Assembly (NCBI GenBank): GCA_965242725.1
Contig: CBDESZ010000020.1
Location: 45,602 to 109,601 of the forward strand
From: Alkalispirochaeta sp.
Lineage (GTDB): Bacteria; Spirochaetota; Spirochaetia; DSM-27196; Alkalispirochaetaceae
DNA: 64,000 nucleotides
Reading direction: 5' to 3'
The position numbers and the translations under genes are program-made. Positions within the stretch are counted from its first letter, which is position 1; every line of letters begins with the position of its first letter. Below are positions 30,825-40,440 of this stretch, piece by piece. The notes beneath the pieces were generated by a model that saw only the letters and a list, made by a program, of their open reading frames with translations, ran no database searches and was not told the origin of the DNA.

Positions 30825-31358
30825 ATGAAACAGGATCGGATTATCGACAATGCCATCAGGAAAGTCCCCAACTTTCCCAAGCCGGGAATTTTGTTTTATG
30901 ACCTCACCAGCCTGCTTGCTGCGCCGCATGCATTTGCCCACACCGTAGACCGGATGGAGCAGTTGTACGAAGTGGAAAATCTGGATGCCGTGGCTGCTAT
31001 CGAGGCGCGCGGATTTTTGCTGGCCGCTCCCTTTGCCCTCCGACAGGGGCTGCCTCTCGTACTGTTGCGGAAAAAGGGAAAGCTTCCCGGCCGTGTTTTG
31101 AGCAGGGAGTTTGAACTGGAATATGGCACCGATCGTATAGAGGTTCACCAGGAAGATGTCCCTCAGGGGGGACGCATCCTCGTTGTCGACGATTTGATTG
31201 CCACCGGCGGGACCGTTGAGGCGGCGTGTGAACTGATCGAGGAGGCGGGCGCCGTAGTGGCAGGCGTCTTTGCGGTGGTGGCGCTGCCGTTTCTCAATTT
31301 CCGTGAGAAGCTCGGTGGACGTACCGTTCACTATCTGCAGGAGTACGCGACGGAATAG
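30825..31358 (+). CDS. apt: adenine phosphoribosyltransferase
   Basis: NFPKPGILFYD, EARGF, RKKGKLP, LEYG, VDDLIATGGT. Confidence 0.95.
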   Translation: MKQDRIIDNAIRKVPNFPKPGILFYDLTSLLAAPHAFAHTVDRMEQLYEVENLDAVAAIEARGFLLAAPFALRQGLPLVLLRKKGKLPGRVLSREFELEYGTDRIEVHQEDVPQGGRILVVDDLIATGGTVEAACELIEEAGAVVAGVFAVVALPFLNFREKLGGRTVHYLQEYATE

Positions 31359-31505
31359 CGGCCGTCTCCGCGTACGGCTCAGGCGTTGTTGCCGTCGGGA
31401 GCCGGCGTGGACGTTCAGTTGAGCCGGTGCGGGTTCGGCGCGGCGCAATTACGACGGCGGCCCTTCCCCGGGGATCATTCCCCGTGATTGGAGCAGGTAA
31501 AATAC

Positions 31506-31534
31506 TTGACAGAGCGCCGGCGCGACGCTATAGT
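31506..31534 (+). promoter_or_regulatory. sigma70 promoter of the tRNA pair
   Basis: TTGACA-17 nt-TATAGT followed by a GC-rich discriminator. Confidence 0.85.
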
Positions 31535-31548
31535 GCCACCGTTCAAGA

Positions 31549-31619
31549 TTCCCGGTAGTGTAATGGTAGCACCACAGATTCTGGATCTGTTTGTGGGGGT
31601 TCAAGTCCTCCCCGGGAAG
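31549..31619 (+). tRNA. tRNA-Gln(CTG)
   Basis: TTCCCGG..CCGGGAA acceptor stem; anticodon loop TTCTGGA; GGTTCAAGTCC T-arm. Confidence 0.93.
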
Positions 31620-31625
31620 CTTCTT

Positions 31626-31698
31626 GGCCCCTTCGTCTAGTGGCCCAGGACGTGAGATTCTCATTCTCAAAACAGGGGTTCGATTCCCCTAGGGGCTA
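31626..31698 (+). tRNA. tRNA-Glu(CTC)
   Basis: GGCCCCT..AGGGGCT acceptor stem; anticodon loop TTCTCAT; GGTTCGATTCC T-arm. Confidence 0.93.
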
Positions 31699-31701
31699 TT
31701 C

Positions 31702-31734
31702 AGCCGGCAGTCATCGTACTTGCCGGCTTTTTTT
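31702..31734 (+). terminator. Rho-independent terminator after the tRNAs
   Basis: AGCCGGCA..TGCCGGCT hairpin followed by a T7 tract. Confidence 0.75.
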
Positions 31735-32686
31735 ATCTCGTTTGCGACCGTTTGAGTTGTCGGAGATAGAATGTTTCACCCCGGTATTTCTTTTCAAGGA
31801 GCTGCCCCGAGCTGATCAGGTCATCGACCAGCGACCAGGGATTCCCGCCTTTTGATACGAGCCGAACCATGTCGTCCCGGCGTACCGGGTGCACGGAGGT
31901 TATGGCGAGAATACCGTCGGCAACGTTGTCGCCGGTATTGAATTCCCCTTCTTCGTGGGTCACATTCAGTTCCGTCTTGATACCGCCGTCACTGAAGGTA
32001 CGATATGCGGTGAGGATTTCCTGTTCGTCCGGTGGTTCAACCCACGACTCGGCGGGAGGGCGTGTCGGAATTGAGAGGTATGCAATATCGGGAGCGATTT
32101 GTGCGATCAGGCGTGCCAGCGCACTCACCTGTTCCGTTGTCGTGTTGAGACCTTTTACAAGCATCGTCTCCGTTGCAAAAACGCCTTGGTAACGTCGCCG
32201 GAACTCTATGATCCCTTCAATGACGGTCCGGTAGTCAAGGGACCGGGAGGGGCGGTCAATCAAACGCCATGTGTGTTCATCGGCGGCATCGATCTTCACG
32301 GAAACCCAGTCCGCCTGTGCTACAGCCGCCGTGACTTCCGGCTTGAAGAGGAGGCTTCCATTGGTAATGACCGCGCAGCGGACATCGCTTTCTTCACCGA
32401 TTCCCTGTAGGAGGGAACCAAGGTTTGTGTCGAGGGTCGGTTCCCCGTCGGGTACGATCGTGACGTAATCAACTCCGTTCTCGTCGCCGTCGTCACGAAG
32501 GACGCAAAGAACCTCGGAAGCCACGTCCACTGGGGCATAGAACTCCTGCAGTTCCGTCGTGACCCGTTGCGGCGCGCCAAGCTGGCAGTAGACACATGCG
32601 TAACTGCAATATTTTGGAGGGATATTGTTGACGCCGAGACTACGTCCCAACCGGCGTGAAGGTACGGGACCATAAATATATTTCAT
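31733..32686 (-). CDS. radical SAM protein (COG0731-like)
   Basis: YGPVPSRRLGRSLG, CSYACVYC, DGEPTL, ITNGSL. Confidence 0.88.
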   Translation of the reverse strand: MKYIYGPVPSRRLGRSLGVNNIPPKYCSYACVYCQLGAPQRVTTELQEFYAPVDVASEVLCVLRDDGDENGVDYVTIVPDGEPTLDTNLGSLLQGIGEESDVRCAVITNGSLLFKPEVTAAVAQADWVSVKIDAADEHTWRLIDRPSRSLDYRTVIEGIIEFRRRYQGVFATETMLVKGLNTTTEQVSALARLIAQIAPDIAYLSIPTRPPAESWVEPPDEQEILTAYRTFSDGGIKTELNVTHEEGEFNTGDNVADGILAITSVHPVRRDDMVRLVSKGGNPWSLVDDLISSGQLLEKKYRGETFYLRQLKRSQTR

Positions 32687-32777
32687 TATACCATAATTGT
32701 AGTTCACCGGCGGCGGCTATGAAAGGGGCGCTTCGACTCCTCCGTCCATGCCGGCGCGTCTACAGGGTATCCAATAC

Positions 32778-32845
32778 CGGTTCAACCCCGAATTGTTACG
32801 GTTCAGGCTACTCGTCCGGGCCGCGACGGATGGAGGACGTACAAT
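32778..32845 (+). promoter_or_regulatory. LytTR-type direct repeats plus -10 element upstream of the ABC operon
   Basis: CGGTTCA at 32778 and 32799 (21-bp period); TACAAT at 32840-32845; no consensus -35. Confidence 0.6.
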
Positions 32846-32877
32846 GGCCCAACACATTTTCCAAGGAGGATTGTTCG

Positions 32878-33951
32878 ATGAGACGAAACAGCATAGTACT
32901 GTTCCTGATTCTCACTGCGACGCTTGCCTTTGCGTCGGGAACCCAGGAAGGGGCGGCGGCGGACCAGCCGGAAGAACGGGAGCTTGTGGTATACAGCACC
33001 ATATTTGCTGAATATGCCGAAGCGATGAAAGAGGGATTCGAGGCACTTCATCCCGGTGTCACCGTGCATGTACTGAACCCCGGTGGAACCGAGGCGATGT
33101 TCATGAAACTGGAGTCGGAGCGTGAAAATCCCCAGGCCGATGTCGTTCACGCCGGGTCCATGATCAACTACCAGAATGCGGTAAATCTGGGGCTTCTTGA
33201 ACCATATGCGCCTCAGGCGCCGGGCTTTCAATCCTCCATCCCGGTTGGTGACGGGCAGCTGAACCTGAGTCATCCCGAAGACTACTACCACGTATGGTCG
33301 TTGATGTTTACGGGCATCATGTACAACCAACAGGTATTGGACCGATACGACCTCCCCGTACCCCGGACATATCAGGACCTGGCAAATCCCGTCTATAAGG
33401 ACCAGATCATCAGTGCCGATCCCCTGAAGTCTTCCACCGCCAGCTCCAACGTCATGGCGATGCTGCAGATATATGGGGATGACGCTCCCCAACTCTGGGC
33501 CGGCATCAATGAAAACCTTCCGTATTACTCCGGATCGAGCTCTCGGATTTACACGCTTGTGAGCAAGGGTGAATTTGCCCTGGCGATCGGTCTCTCCCGA
33601 CCGGCTCTCGTGGCGATGCAGGAAGGCTTTCCCGTGGACTTCGTTTTTCCCGCCGACGGAAGTCAGATTTACGACAACTCCATGGGTATCGTCGCCGACG
33701 CGAAGAACCCCGACCTCGCCAGAGAGTTTGTTGATTTCATTCTCAGTGACGAGATGCAGTTGAAGGGGTCGGAGTATCTCTACATTCCCGTTAAGTCCGG
33801 CGTCATCGATCCGTCGCTGCCGTTCAGTCTGGAAAGCGCCACCGCGGAGATAGGTACGATCTACTCCCCGGATCCGCAACTTGCGGACGAAAACCGGCAG
33901 CTCATCCAGGATACCTTCGGCGAGTACATTCGCAATAAAGGCACCCAATAA
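32878..33951 (+). CDS. ABC transporter substrate-binding protein (Fe3+/polyamine/thiamine class)
   Basis: AAGGAGG RBS, signal peptide, LVVYS, ENPQADV, ADPLKSST, AREFVDFILS. Confidence 0.9.
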   Translation: MRRNSIVLFLILTATLAFASGTQEGAAADQPEERELVVYSTIFAEYAEAMKEGFEALHPGVTVHVLNPGGTEAMFMKLESERENPQADVVHAGSMINYQNAVNLGLLEPYAPQAPGFQSSIPVGDGQLNLSHPEDYYHVWSLMFTGIMYNQQVLDRYDLPVPRTYQDLANPVYKDQIISADPLKSSTASSNVMAMLQIYGDDAPQLWAGINENLPYYSGSSSRIYTLVSKGEFALAIGLSRPALVAMQEGFPVDFVFPADGSQIYDNSMGIVADAKNPDLAREFVDFILSDEMQLKGSEYLYIPVKSGVIDPSLPFSLESATAEIGTIYSPDPQLADENRQLIQDTFGEYIRNKGTQ

Positions 33952-33974
33952 TACGCAGCCTTTGTGAAGGTTCG

Positions 33975-34029
33975 CGCCGCTTGCCTGCTGGTCGGTCCGC
34001 TCCGGCGGCTGCCGGCGGGCACGGCGCGC
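33975..34029 (+). terminator. intercistronic stem-loop after the binding-protein gene
   Basis: GCGCCG..TGCCTGCTGG pairs with CCGGCGGGCA..CGGCGC. Confidence 0.5.
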
Positions 34030-34051
34030 TATTTTTACCTATACGGAGCAC

Positions 34052-35692
34052 ATGATGCGACTTTCTGTTTCACGTTCCTGGTTTTTTGTAGCCTATGCGG
34101 TGGTTACGATCCTGTTGGTGGCATTTCTTGTCGTACCCATCGGAAAGCTTTTTACCGGATCCTTTTCGATCGTTGCGGATCAATCACGGCCGCTTCCCGA
34201 CGGCTTTTTTCTCTACATGCTGCGGGTTACCTGGAATACCATCCGCATGGCTATGACAACGACAATTTTGTCGGTACTGATAGCCCTGCCGTTGGCATTC
34301 ATGATCGTCAAGCTGCAGATACCGTCTGCGGGCGTCTTTCTCGGACTGCTCTCGGTTCCCCTCATTACGCCTGCGTTTATTTCCAGCTTTGCCACAATCA
34401 TCCTGCTGGGGAACAGTGGTGTGATTACCATGTTTTTCCAGTTGCTTGGTTTTGACCCGAAGACCATATACGGTTTCCGGGGGCTTGTTGTCACGCAAGT
34501 GCTTCACGCAATGCCCTACGCCCTGCTGTTGACCATTTCCGGCCTCAAGACGGTACCCCGTCATTTGGAGGAGGCGTCAATTTCGCTGGGTCACGGTGTG
34601 CTGAAAACACAGTTTTCCGTCGTGCTGCCCTATATCTTTCCTCATATACTCATGGCGGCGCTCATGGTCTTTTTGACCTCCATGGGCGATGTCGGCGGGC
34701 CCCTTATCATCGGCGGCAGCTACAAAGTTATCTCCACGGAGATCTATGCAAACTTCGTCACCTACATGGGAGACGAGAGAATACCGATCATCTTTGGTGC
34801 GTGGACGCTGCTTCTCTCGTTCATACTCCTTTTCATCGTGAATAAGCTGATGAAACTGACGGAAATAAAACACAAGTTTCGCCTCGGGATCATGACCTAT
34901 GACCACCGGCGGGCGCGTCGTGGTGCGACGGCGGCACTCGTGGTCGTCACATTTCTCTTCCTTGCCCCCTATATTGCGATCATCGTCCAGTCATTCGGTA
35001 CAATCTGGGCGTACGACTGGCTTCCCCGGGCGTTCACCGTGGACAACTATGTCACCGCCATTAAGGACTTTCACGCCATACGAAACACGATGATTCTCCT
35101 GGTGACGGTCACGCCGATCATTATCGTCGCAAGTGTCGTGTTTGCCCACATGTTCAAGAACCGGCGGGAGCTGGCGTGGATCAATTATATGACGCTGCTG
35201 CCCTTTACCATTCCCGGCGTCATCATTGCCGTGAGTCTCCTCCAGACCTATGCCGGCGTATCGCTGGGACAGCACGATCTCATTGCCACGATCTGGATTC
35301 TCATTATCGCCATCAGCATCAGGCGGCTTCCATTTGTCCTCAAGGTCATCGAGGCGGGCTTTTCGAAGATAGATGACTCACAACGGGAAGCGGCGTTCAG
35401 TCTGGGCGCATCGGAAGGCAGGACGTTCTTTTCCGTTATTCTGCCCCAATTGAAGCCGGCCATTTACACCGCTCTCGTCATAGGTATGATCAAGGTCGTT
35501 ACCGAACTGTCGTCCAGTCTGATGCTCAACCCTCCGGGGTGGAGAAACATGTCACTGTATATCGCCTATTATGTGGAAGAGGGATTCATTGCCCGCGCGT
35601 CAGCCATGGGCATTCTCTTGATCATCATCGTCGGGATCGGAACCGCCGTATCCAACACACTTCAAAAGAGGGAGGCACAGCGTAATGGCTGA
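34052..35692 (+). CDS. ABC transporter permease, two-domain FbpB type
   Basis: Two EAA loops (PRHLEEASISLG; QREAAFSLGA); about 12 hydrophobic segments. Confidence 0.92.
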   Translation: MMRLSVSRSWFFVAYAVVTILLVAFLVVPIGKLFTGSFSIVADQSRPLPDGFFLYMLRVTWNTIRMAMTTTILSVLIALPLAFMIVKLQIPSAGVFLGLLSVPLITPAFISSFATIILLGNSGVITMFFQLLGFDPKTIYGFRGLVVTQVLHAMPYALLLTISGLKTVPRHLEEASISLGHGVLKTQFSVVLPYIFPHILMAALMVFLTSMGDVGGPLIIGGSYKVISTEIYANFVTYMGDERIPIIFGAWTLLLSFILLFIVNKLMKLTEIKHKFRLGIMTYDHRRARRGATAALVVVTFLFLAPYIAIIVQSFGTIWAYDWLPRAFTVDNYVTAIKDFHAIRNTMILLVTVTPIIIVASVVFAHMFKNRRELAWINYMTLLPFTIPGVIIAVSLLQTYAGVSLGQHDLIATIWILIIAISIRRLPFVLKVIEAGFSKIDDSQREAAFSLGASEGRTFFSVILPQLKPAIYTALVIGMIKVVTELSSSLMLNPPGWRNMSLYIAYYVEEGFIARASAMGILLIIIVGIGTAVSNTLQKREAQRNG

Positions 35693-36776
35693 AATCGTGA
35701 TCGATAATCTACACAAGTCTTTCGGCAACACCGAAGCCGTCCGGGGATTGTCCATCAATATAGAAAAGGGAGAACTCGTATCACTTCTTGGACCATCGGG
35801 GTGCGGGAAGACGACCCTGCTCCGGCTCATCGCGGGGTTTGAGACACCCACGGCGGGTAACATCTTTCTCCGGGATCGTAATATAACTGAAATTCCGCCG
35901 CAAAAGCGGAATATCGGGATCGTCTTTCAGGACTACGCCGTATTTCCGACGATGAACGTCTTTGACAATGTAGCATATGGTCTACGGATACGAAAGCTTT
36001 CGAGAGAGGAAATTACCGACCGGGTTCAGGAGTATCTGGAACTTGTCGGACTGACGGGATATGAAAAGCGCCTGCCCTCACAGTTGTCCGGCGGGCAGCA
36101 GCAACGGGTCGCCCTTGCCCGGGCGCTTGTCATCAAGCCGGATGTTCTCCTTCTCGATGAACCGCTTTCCAACTTGGATGCGGCCCTCCGCCTGAGCATA
36201 CGCAAGGAGATACGGAAAATTCAGCAGTCCCTGGGAATAACGACCGTCTTTGTCACCCATGATCAGGAGGAGGCGCTCTCCATTTCAGACAAGGTCTTCG
36301 TCATGCGATTGGGCGAACTGATGCAGGGGGGAGGACCTCAGGAAATATATCGAATGCCGCGAAACGACTTTGTCGCCGGCTTCATCGGCAAGTCCAACAT
36401 CCTCTACGGGCGATTGACCGACCGGGAAGGGGGGCTTTCGCGGATCACGGTGGGTGATACGACCTTTACGACCGCATTGGGAGAGGACATACCTGCGGGC
36501 AGCGATGTATGGGTCTCCGTCCGGCCCCAGTACATCAGGATGAACCACCAGGCACCGAAGGACGCGCCCAATCAAGTATCAGGCGTCATTACCTATATCG
36601 AATATCTCGGAGGGGTTGTCAAAGGAGAAGTTTCCGTATCAGATGACCTGATCCTGGAGTTCGAGCAGCCCATACAGGGCAATGACGGATCGGCACTCCG
36701 ACTTCGCGACAACGTGACCGGTGTCGTCGACGTACGGGATATTGTGGTGGGGAGAAACATGAGACGCCTTGATTAG
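35685..36776 (+). CDS. ABC transporter ATP-binding protein (FbpC/PotA type)
   Basis: GPSGCGKT, LSGGQQQR, LLLDEP, VTHDQEEA; TOBE-like tail. Confidence 0.95.
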   Translation: MAEIVIDNLHKSFGNTEAVRGLSINIEKGELVSLLGPSGCGKTTLLRLIAGFETPTAGNIFLRDRNITEIPPQKRNIGIVFQDYAVFPTMNVFDNVAYGLRIRKLSREEITDRVQEYLELVGLTGYEKRLPSQLSGGQQQRVALARALVIKPDVLLLDEPLSNLDAALRLSIRKEIRKIQQSLGITTVFVTHDQEEALSISDKVFVMRLGELMQGGGPQEIYRMPRNDFVAGFIGKSNILYGRLTDREGGLSRITVGDTTFTTALGEDIPAGSDVWVSVRPQYIRMNHQAPKDAPNQVSGVITYIEYLGGVVKGEVSVSDDLILEFEQPIQGNDGSALRLRDNVTGVVDVRDIVVGRNMRRLD

Positions 36777-39474
36777 GCTCCGACGACTCTATAGATATCT
36801 CATTCTCGTCCCGCCGGTGATTCTCATCGGCGGGTTTCTCGTCTTACCCCTGGCAAGACTGCTCGTTCACGGATGGACCGCAGCCATCACGATCAGGGAA
36901 CCGTTGCCCCCCTTTGTATGGCCACACCTCGTCTATGTCACGAAAAACACCTTTATCATGGGCGGCTTGACGACGCTGTTTTCCCTCACCGTCGCGCTCC
37001 CGGTCGCCTTCATACTTGCAAAGACCGACCTTCCGGGTCTCCGTTTCTGGCCCGGGCTGCTCACTATCCCCATGATTTCACCCCCTTTCATCATGGCCTT
37101 TTCCACGCTGCTGCTCTATGGGAGGAGCGGTGTACTGTCCTCACTCTTTCGTGAATGGCTGGGAATCAACCTTCCCCATATATTCGGTCTGCCCGGGCTC
37201 GTACTGACCCAGCTGGTCGTATCGATACCGTACGCCACGTTTATTCTCATGGCGGGGTTCAGGGGCATTCCCAGGCACGTTGAAGAGTCGGCATACGCGG
37301 TGGGCTCGCCGCCGATGCGCGTCTTTTTTGACGTCCTATTGCCGTGTATCTATCCCCATTTGATTATCGCCGGGCTGATGGTTTTTCTCATGTCCATCGG
37401 CGACGTCGGTGGTCCGCTGATTATCGGTGGTGGATATCCCGTCATCGCATCGGAAATCTACAGCAATTTCCTTTCAGTATTGACTGACGATCGCATTGCC
37501 GTAATCCTCGGGTCCTGGATCATCATTCTCTCGTTTTTAATGGTAGGCGCGGTGAATATTCTCCTTCGGTTTACGGTAAAGCGATATCGTCCGGGTTCCG
37601 ATCCGGTGGTGTACAGACTGGGCCGTCGTCGCCCGCTTGCGCTCGTTTTTGTCGGGGCGGTCGTCGTTTGGCTGCTTCTGCCCTTTCTCATGGTCGTCGT
37701 CCAGTCTTTCGGCACGATCTGGACCGCCGAGCCGATTCCCCGGGGATGGACCCTGGACCATTACGTTCGTGTCTTTCAGGCACCCGGACTTGTGGTCAAT
37801 ACGCTGGTCCTTGCCGCGGTGGTGACGCCGGTAATCGTCGTGATAAGTATCATTCTCGGCCATTCCCTGAACATCAGACGGGGACGAAAAATCCTCAACG
37901 TCCTCATGGTCCTTCCTTTTTTGCTGCCCGGAGTCGTGTTGGCGTTGGGTGTGGTCGAAACGTATGCGACGCTCTTTGCTCACATGCGGACGATTCCCGT
38001 TTACGGGCTCTTGGCGGGGACGGTGATGATACGGCGCCTGCCATATACGTTAAAAACCCTTGAAGCGGGATATCTCGTGACGGACCGTCGTCGTGAGGAA
38101 TCCGCTACCAGTCTGGGGAGTTCACCGTTGGCCGCGTTTCTGAAGGTTACCCTTCCACAAATGCAGCCCTTCCTGCTGGCGGCATTGGTTATCGGTTTTA
38201 TAAAAGTCGCCACGGAACTGTCTGCGTCACTCATCCTCGCACCCCCCGATTGGCAAAGTCTTTCCATGGGAATCGTCTATTACATTGAACAGGGACAGCT
38301 CGGTCGCGCTTCGGCGATGAGCGTCGTGCTGGTCGTCCTCATCGGAACCGGCACTTTCACCGTGATGTACCGCCTTCATGGCGCGCGGGGTTATGAAGGC
38401 AATGACGGCGATCAGCGTGATCGTGAACACCTGCGGTCGGATGACGCTCTGGAAGGCATCGTTCTCGGTCGGACACCGGTGATCGTACCGACACCAAACC
38501 GGGGAAGAACCGGCATTGTTTCCGTGCGGCCCGCCTGGGGCCGATGGGAGCCCCGGCTCGTGGTGGACTCCCGTTATGGGATCGTCGATGCGAGCAGGGG
38601 ATTCCTGCGGCTCGTCGGCGCCTCCACCGTCGATGAATTGAAACGGGAGGGTCGTTTCTCGGTTCTCTTCTTCAGTGACCGTACGTTACTGGAGATATTC
38701 TCCACGCGGGAGGCGGTGCAGGAGCGGGCGACATCGATCATGACCCTGTCGGGAGCGCGTATCCCCGTCATCGTCTACGCCAATGTGGTGGAACGGGACC
38801 AGGGTGATGTCATAGGATATTTTTACTGTCGCCGCGTCTCCGGGCGCTCGCGCCGTCTCCGGGAGTACCGACGTCTCAGGGATCGTATGGCTACGGCTGA
38901 ACAGGAAATACTCAAGGCGCAGATCACCCCGCACCTCCTCTTCAACACCCTCAATAACATCGCCCACATGATAGGAGAGGAGCCTGAGGAGGCGCGGGAT
39001 GTCGTTCAGAGTCTGGCGGACCTCTATCGATATACCCTTGCCGCCACAAAGAAGGAGCTCGTGCCCCTGGCGGATGAGGTGGAGACGATTCGGCGCTATC
39101 TTTCCATAGAGAAAGCGCGTTTTGGCGAGCGCTTGACGTGGCAGATCGACGTAAAGCCCGCCGCACAGGGCGTCTGGATTCCACCGATGATATTGCAGCC
39201 TATCGTCGAAAACGCCGTCACCCACGGCGCCGACGAGAGGGGCCGGATCCGGGTGGATGTTGTTGTCGCAAGGAGCGGTGATGATATCGTCATGTCGGTG
39301 AGGGACCACGGAGCTACCCCCTTTGACGAGGAAGCTCTCGTTTCCGGGAGCGGTACGGGATTGCGTAACGTGGAGGGACGTCTCTATGCGCTGTATGGGC
39401 GGCATCTGCAATTTGAACGATTCCCTGATGGTGGACTGAGGGTAATTATGACCCTGCCGGAACGGAAGGAATGA
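36769..39474 (+). CDS. fusion: FbpB-type ABC permease + PAS-like segment + LytS-type histidine kinase
   Basis: Single 901-aa ORF. EAA loops PRHVEESAYAVG and RREESATSLG; H-box LKAQITPHLLFNTLN; N-box LQPIVENAVTHG; DHG; GTGLRNV. Confidence 0.9.
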   Translation: MIRLRRLYRYLILVPPVILIGGFLVLPLARLLVHGWTAAITIREPLPPFVWPHLVYVTKNTFIMGGLTTLFSLTVALPVAFILAKTDLPGLRFWPGLLTIPMISPPFIMAFSTLLLYGRSGVLSSLFREWLGINLPHIFGLPGLVLTQLVVSIPYATFILMAGFRGIPRHVEESAYAVGSPPMRVFFDVLLPCIYPHLIIAGLMVFLMSIGDVGGPLIIGGGYPVIASEIYSNFLSVLTDDRIAVILGSWIIILSFLMVGAVNILLRFTVKRYRPGSDPVVYRLGRRRPLALVFVGAVVVWLLLPFLMVVVQSFGTIWTAEPIPRGWTLDHYVRVFQAPGLVVNTLVLAAVVTPVIVVISIILGHSLNIRRGRKILNVLMVLPFLLPGVVLALGVVETYATLFAHMRTIPVYGLLAGTVMIRRLPYTLKTLEAGYLVTDRRREESATSLGSSPLAAFLKVTLPQMQPFLLAALVIGFIKVATELSASLILAPPDWQSLSMGIVYYIEQGQLGRASAMSVVLVVLIGTGTFTVMYRLHGARGYEGNDGDQRDREHLRSDDALEGIVLGRTPVIVPTPNRGRTGIVSVRPAWGRWEPRLVVDSRYGIVDASRGFLRLVGASTVDELKREGRFSVLFFSDRTLLEIFSTREAVQERATSIMTLSGARIPVIVYANVVERDQGDVIGYFYCRRVSGRSRRLREYRRLRDRMATAEQEILKAQITPHLLFNTLNNIAHMIGEEPEEARDVVQSLADLYRYTLAATKKELVPLADEVETIRRYLSIEKARFGERLTWQIDVKPAAQGVWIPPMILQPIVENAVTHGADERGRIRVDVVVARSGDDIVMSVRDHGATPFDEEALVSGSGTGLRNVEGRLYALYGRHLQFERFPDGGLRVIMTLPERKE

Positions 39475-39475
39475 C

Positions 39476-40387
39476 ATGGAAAGACCGGTCATACGTATTT
39501 GCATTATTGACGACGAATTTCGTGCCCGGCGGCGCATCGCACATCTCCTTGAGGCCGAGAAACGGTGCACGGTGGTAGGCGAGGCCGATAACGGCGGAGA
39601 CGCCGTGGAACTGATCGACCGGGAAAAGCCGGATCTGGTCTTCCTCGATATACGCATGCCCGGCCTGAGCGGGTTTCAGGTACTGCAGCGAGCTCTTCAC
39701 CGTCCCGCGGTAATATTCGTCACCGCCTACGACGAGCACGCCGTACAGGCATTTGAAGTTCACGCGGTGGACTACCTGCTCAAGCCGTTTCCGGACGAAC
39801 GATTTCGTGATGCCCTTAGGCGCGCGACGGAACGCGTGTGGCCGCCGTCGGGATCCGATGCGGCCGCACACAATACGGCAGCGTCCAATATCGCCGGCGA
39901 CGAAGAAACTGACGGGCTCGTGCCGGCGTTGGCGGGCGGCGTGGGCGAGGCGCTCCTTGCGGAGCTGCAGCGGCTGACATATGGCCCCGACCGGCGCACC
40001 GCGGAGGACGGCAACGCAGTTCGGGAAGCGGAAACGGGACATCCCGTACTGGAACGTGTCCCGGTACGCCGGGGATTTGAATTTGAAATGGTACCCGTGG
40101 CCGGCGTTGACTACTTCACCGTTATCGACGGTCTCGTTTTTCTCGTACGGGACGGACGACGAGTCGTTGTAGACCATACGCTCTCAGAGCTGGAATTGCG
40201 GCTCGACGCTCGTAAATTCATGCGGGTCCACCGCAAAAGCCTGGTGAATATCAATAGGGTCGAACGCGTGGTGCCCTGGGGGCGTGGCCGCATCGCCCTC
40301 CATTTCACTGGTGAAGAAGAAGCGGAGCCCGTACACGTCGGTCGGGACCGCACCCAGGAAGTGAAGAGGCGTCTGGGAATCCCCTGA
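39476..40387 (+). CDS. LytTR family response regulator
   Basis: IDDE, FLDIRMPG, FVTAYD, DYLLKP; LytTR 'TLSELE..FMRVHRKSLVN'. Confidence 0.93.
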   Translation: MERPVIRICIIDDEFRARRRIAHLLEAEKRCTVVGEADNGGDAVELIDREKPDLVFLDIRMPGLSGFQVLQRALHRPAVIFVTAYDEHAVQAFEVHAVDYLLKPFPDERFRDALRRATERVWPPSGSDAAAHNTAASNIAGDEETDGLVPALAGGVGEALLAELQRLTYGPDRRTAEDGNAVREAETGHPVLERVPVRRGFEFEMVPVAGVDYFTVIDGLVFLVRDGRRVVVDHTLSELELRLDARKFMRVHRKSLVNINRVERVVPWGRGRIALHFTGEEEAEPVHVGRDRTQEVKRRLGIP

Positions 40388-40440
40388 CGTGAACCCCGAA
40401 AACCTTGTTTTCATCGGTATGCTGCAGGTACTATGCATCC

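Noticed and set aside
24435..31698. tRNA-anchored integrative element
   Set aside because: No duplicated tRNA 3' end or integrase was noticed; flanking genes are housekeeping.
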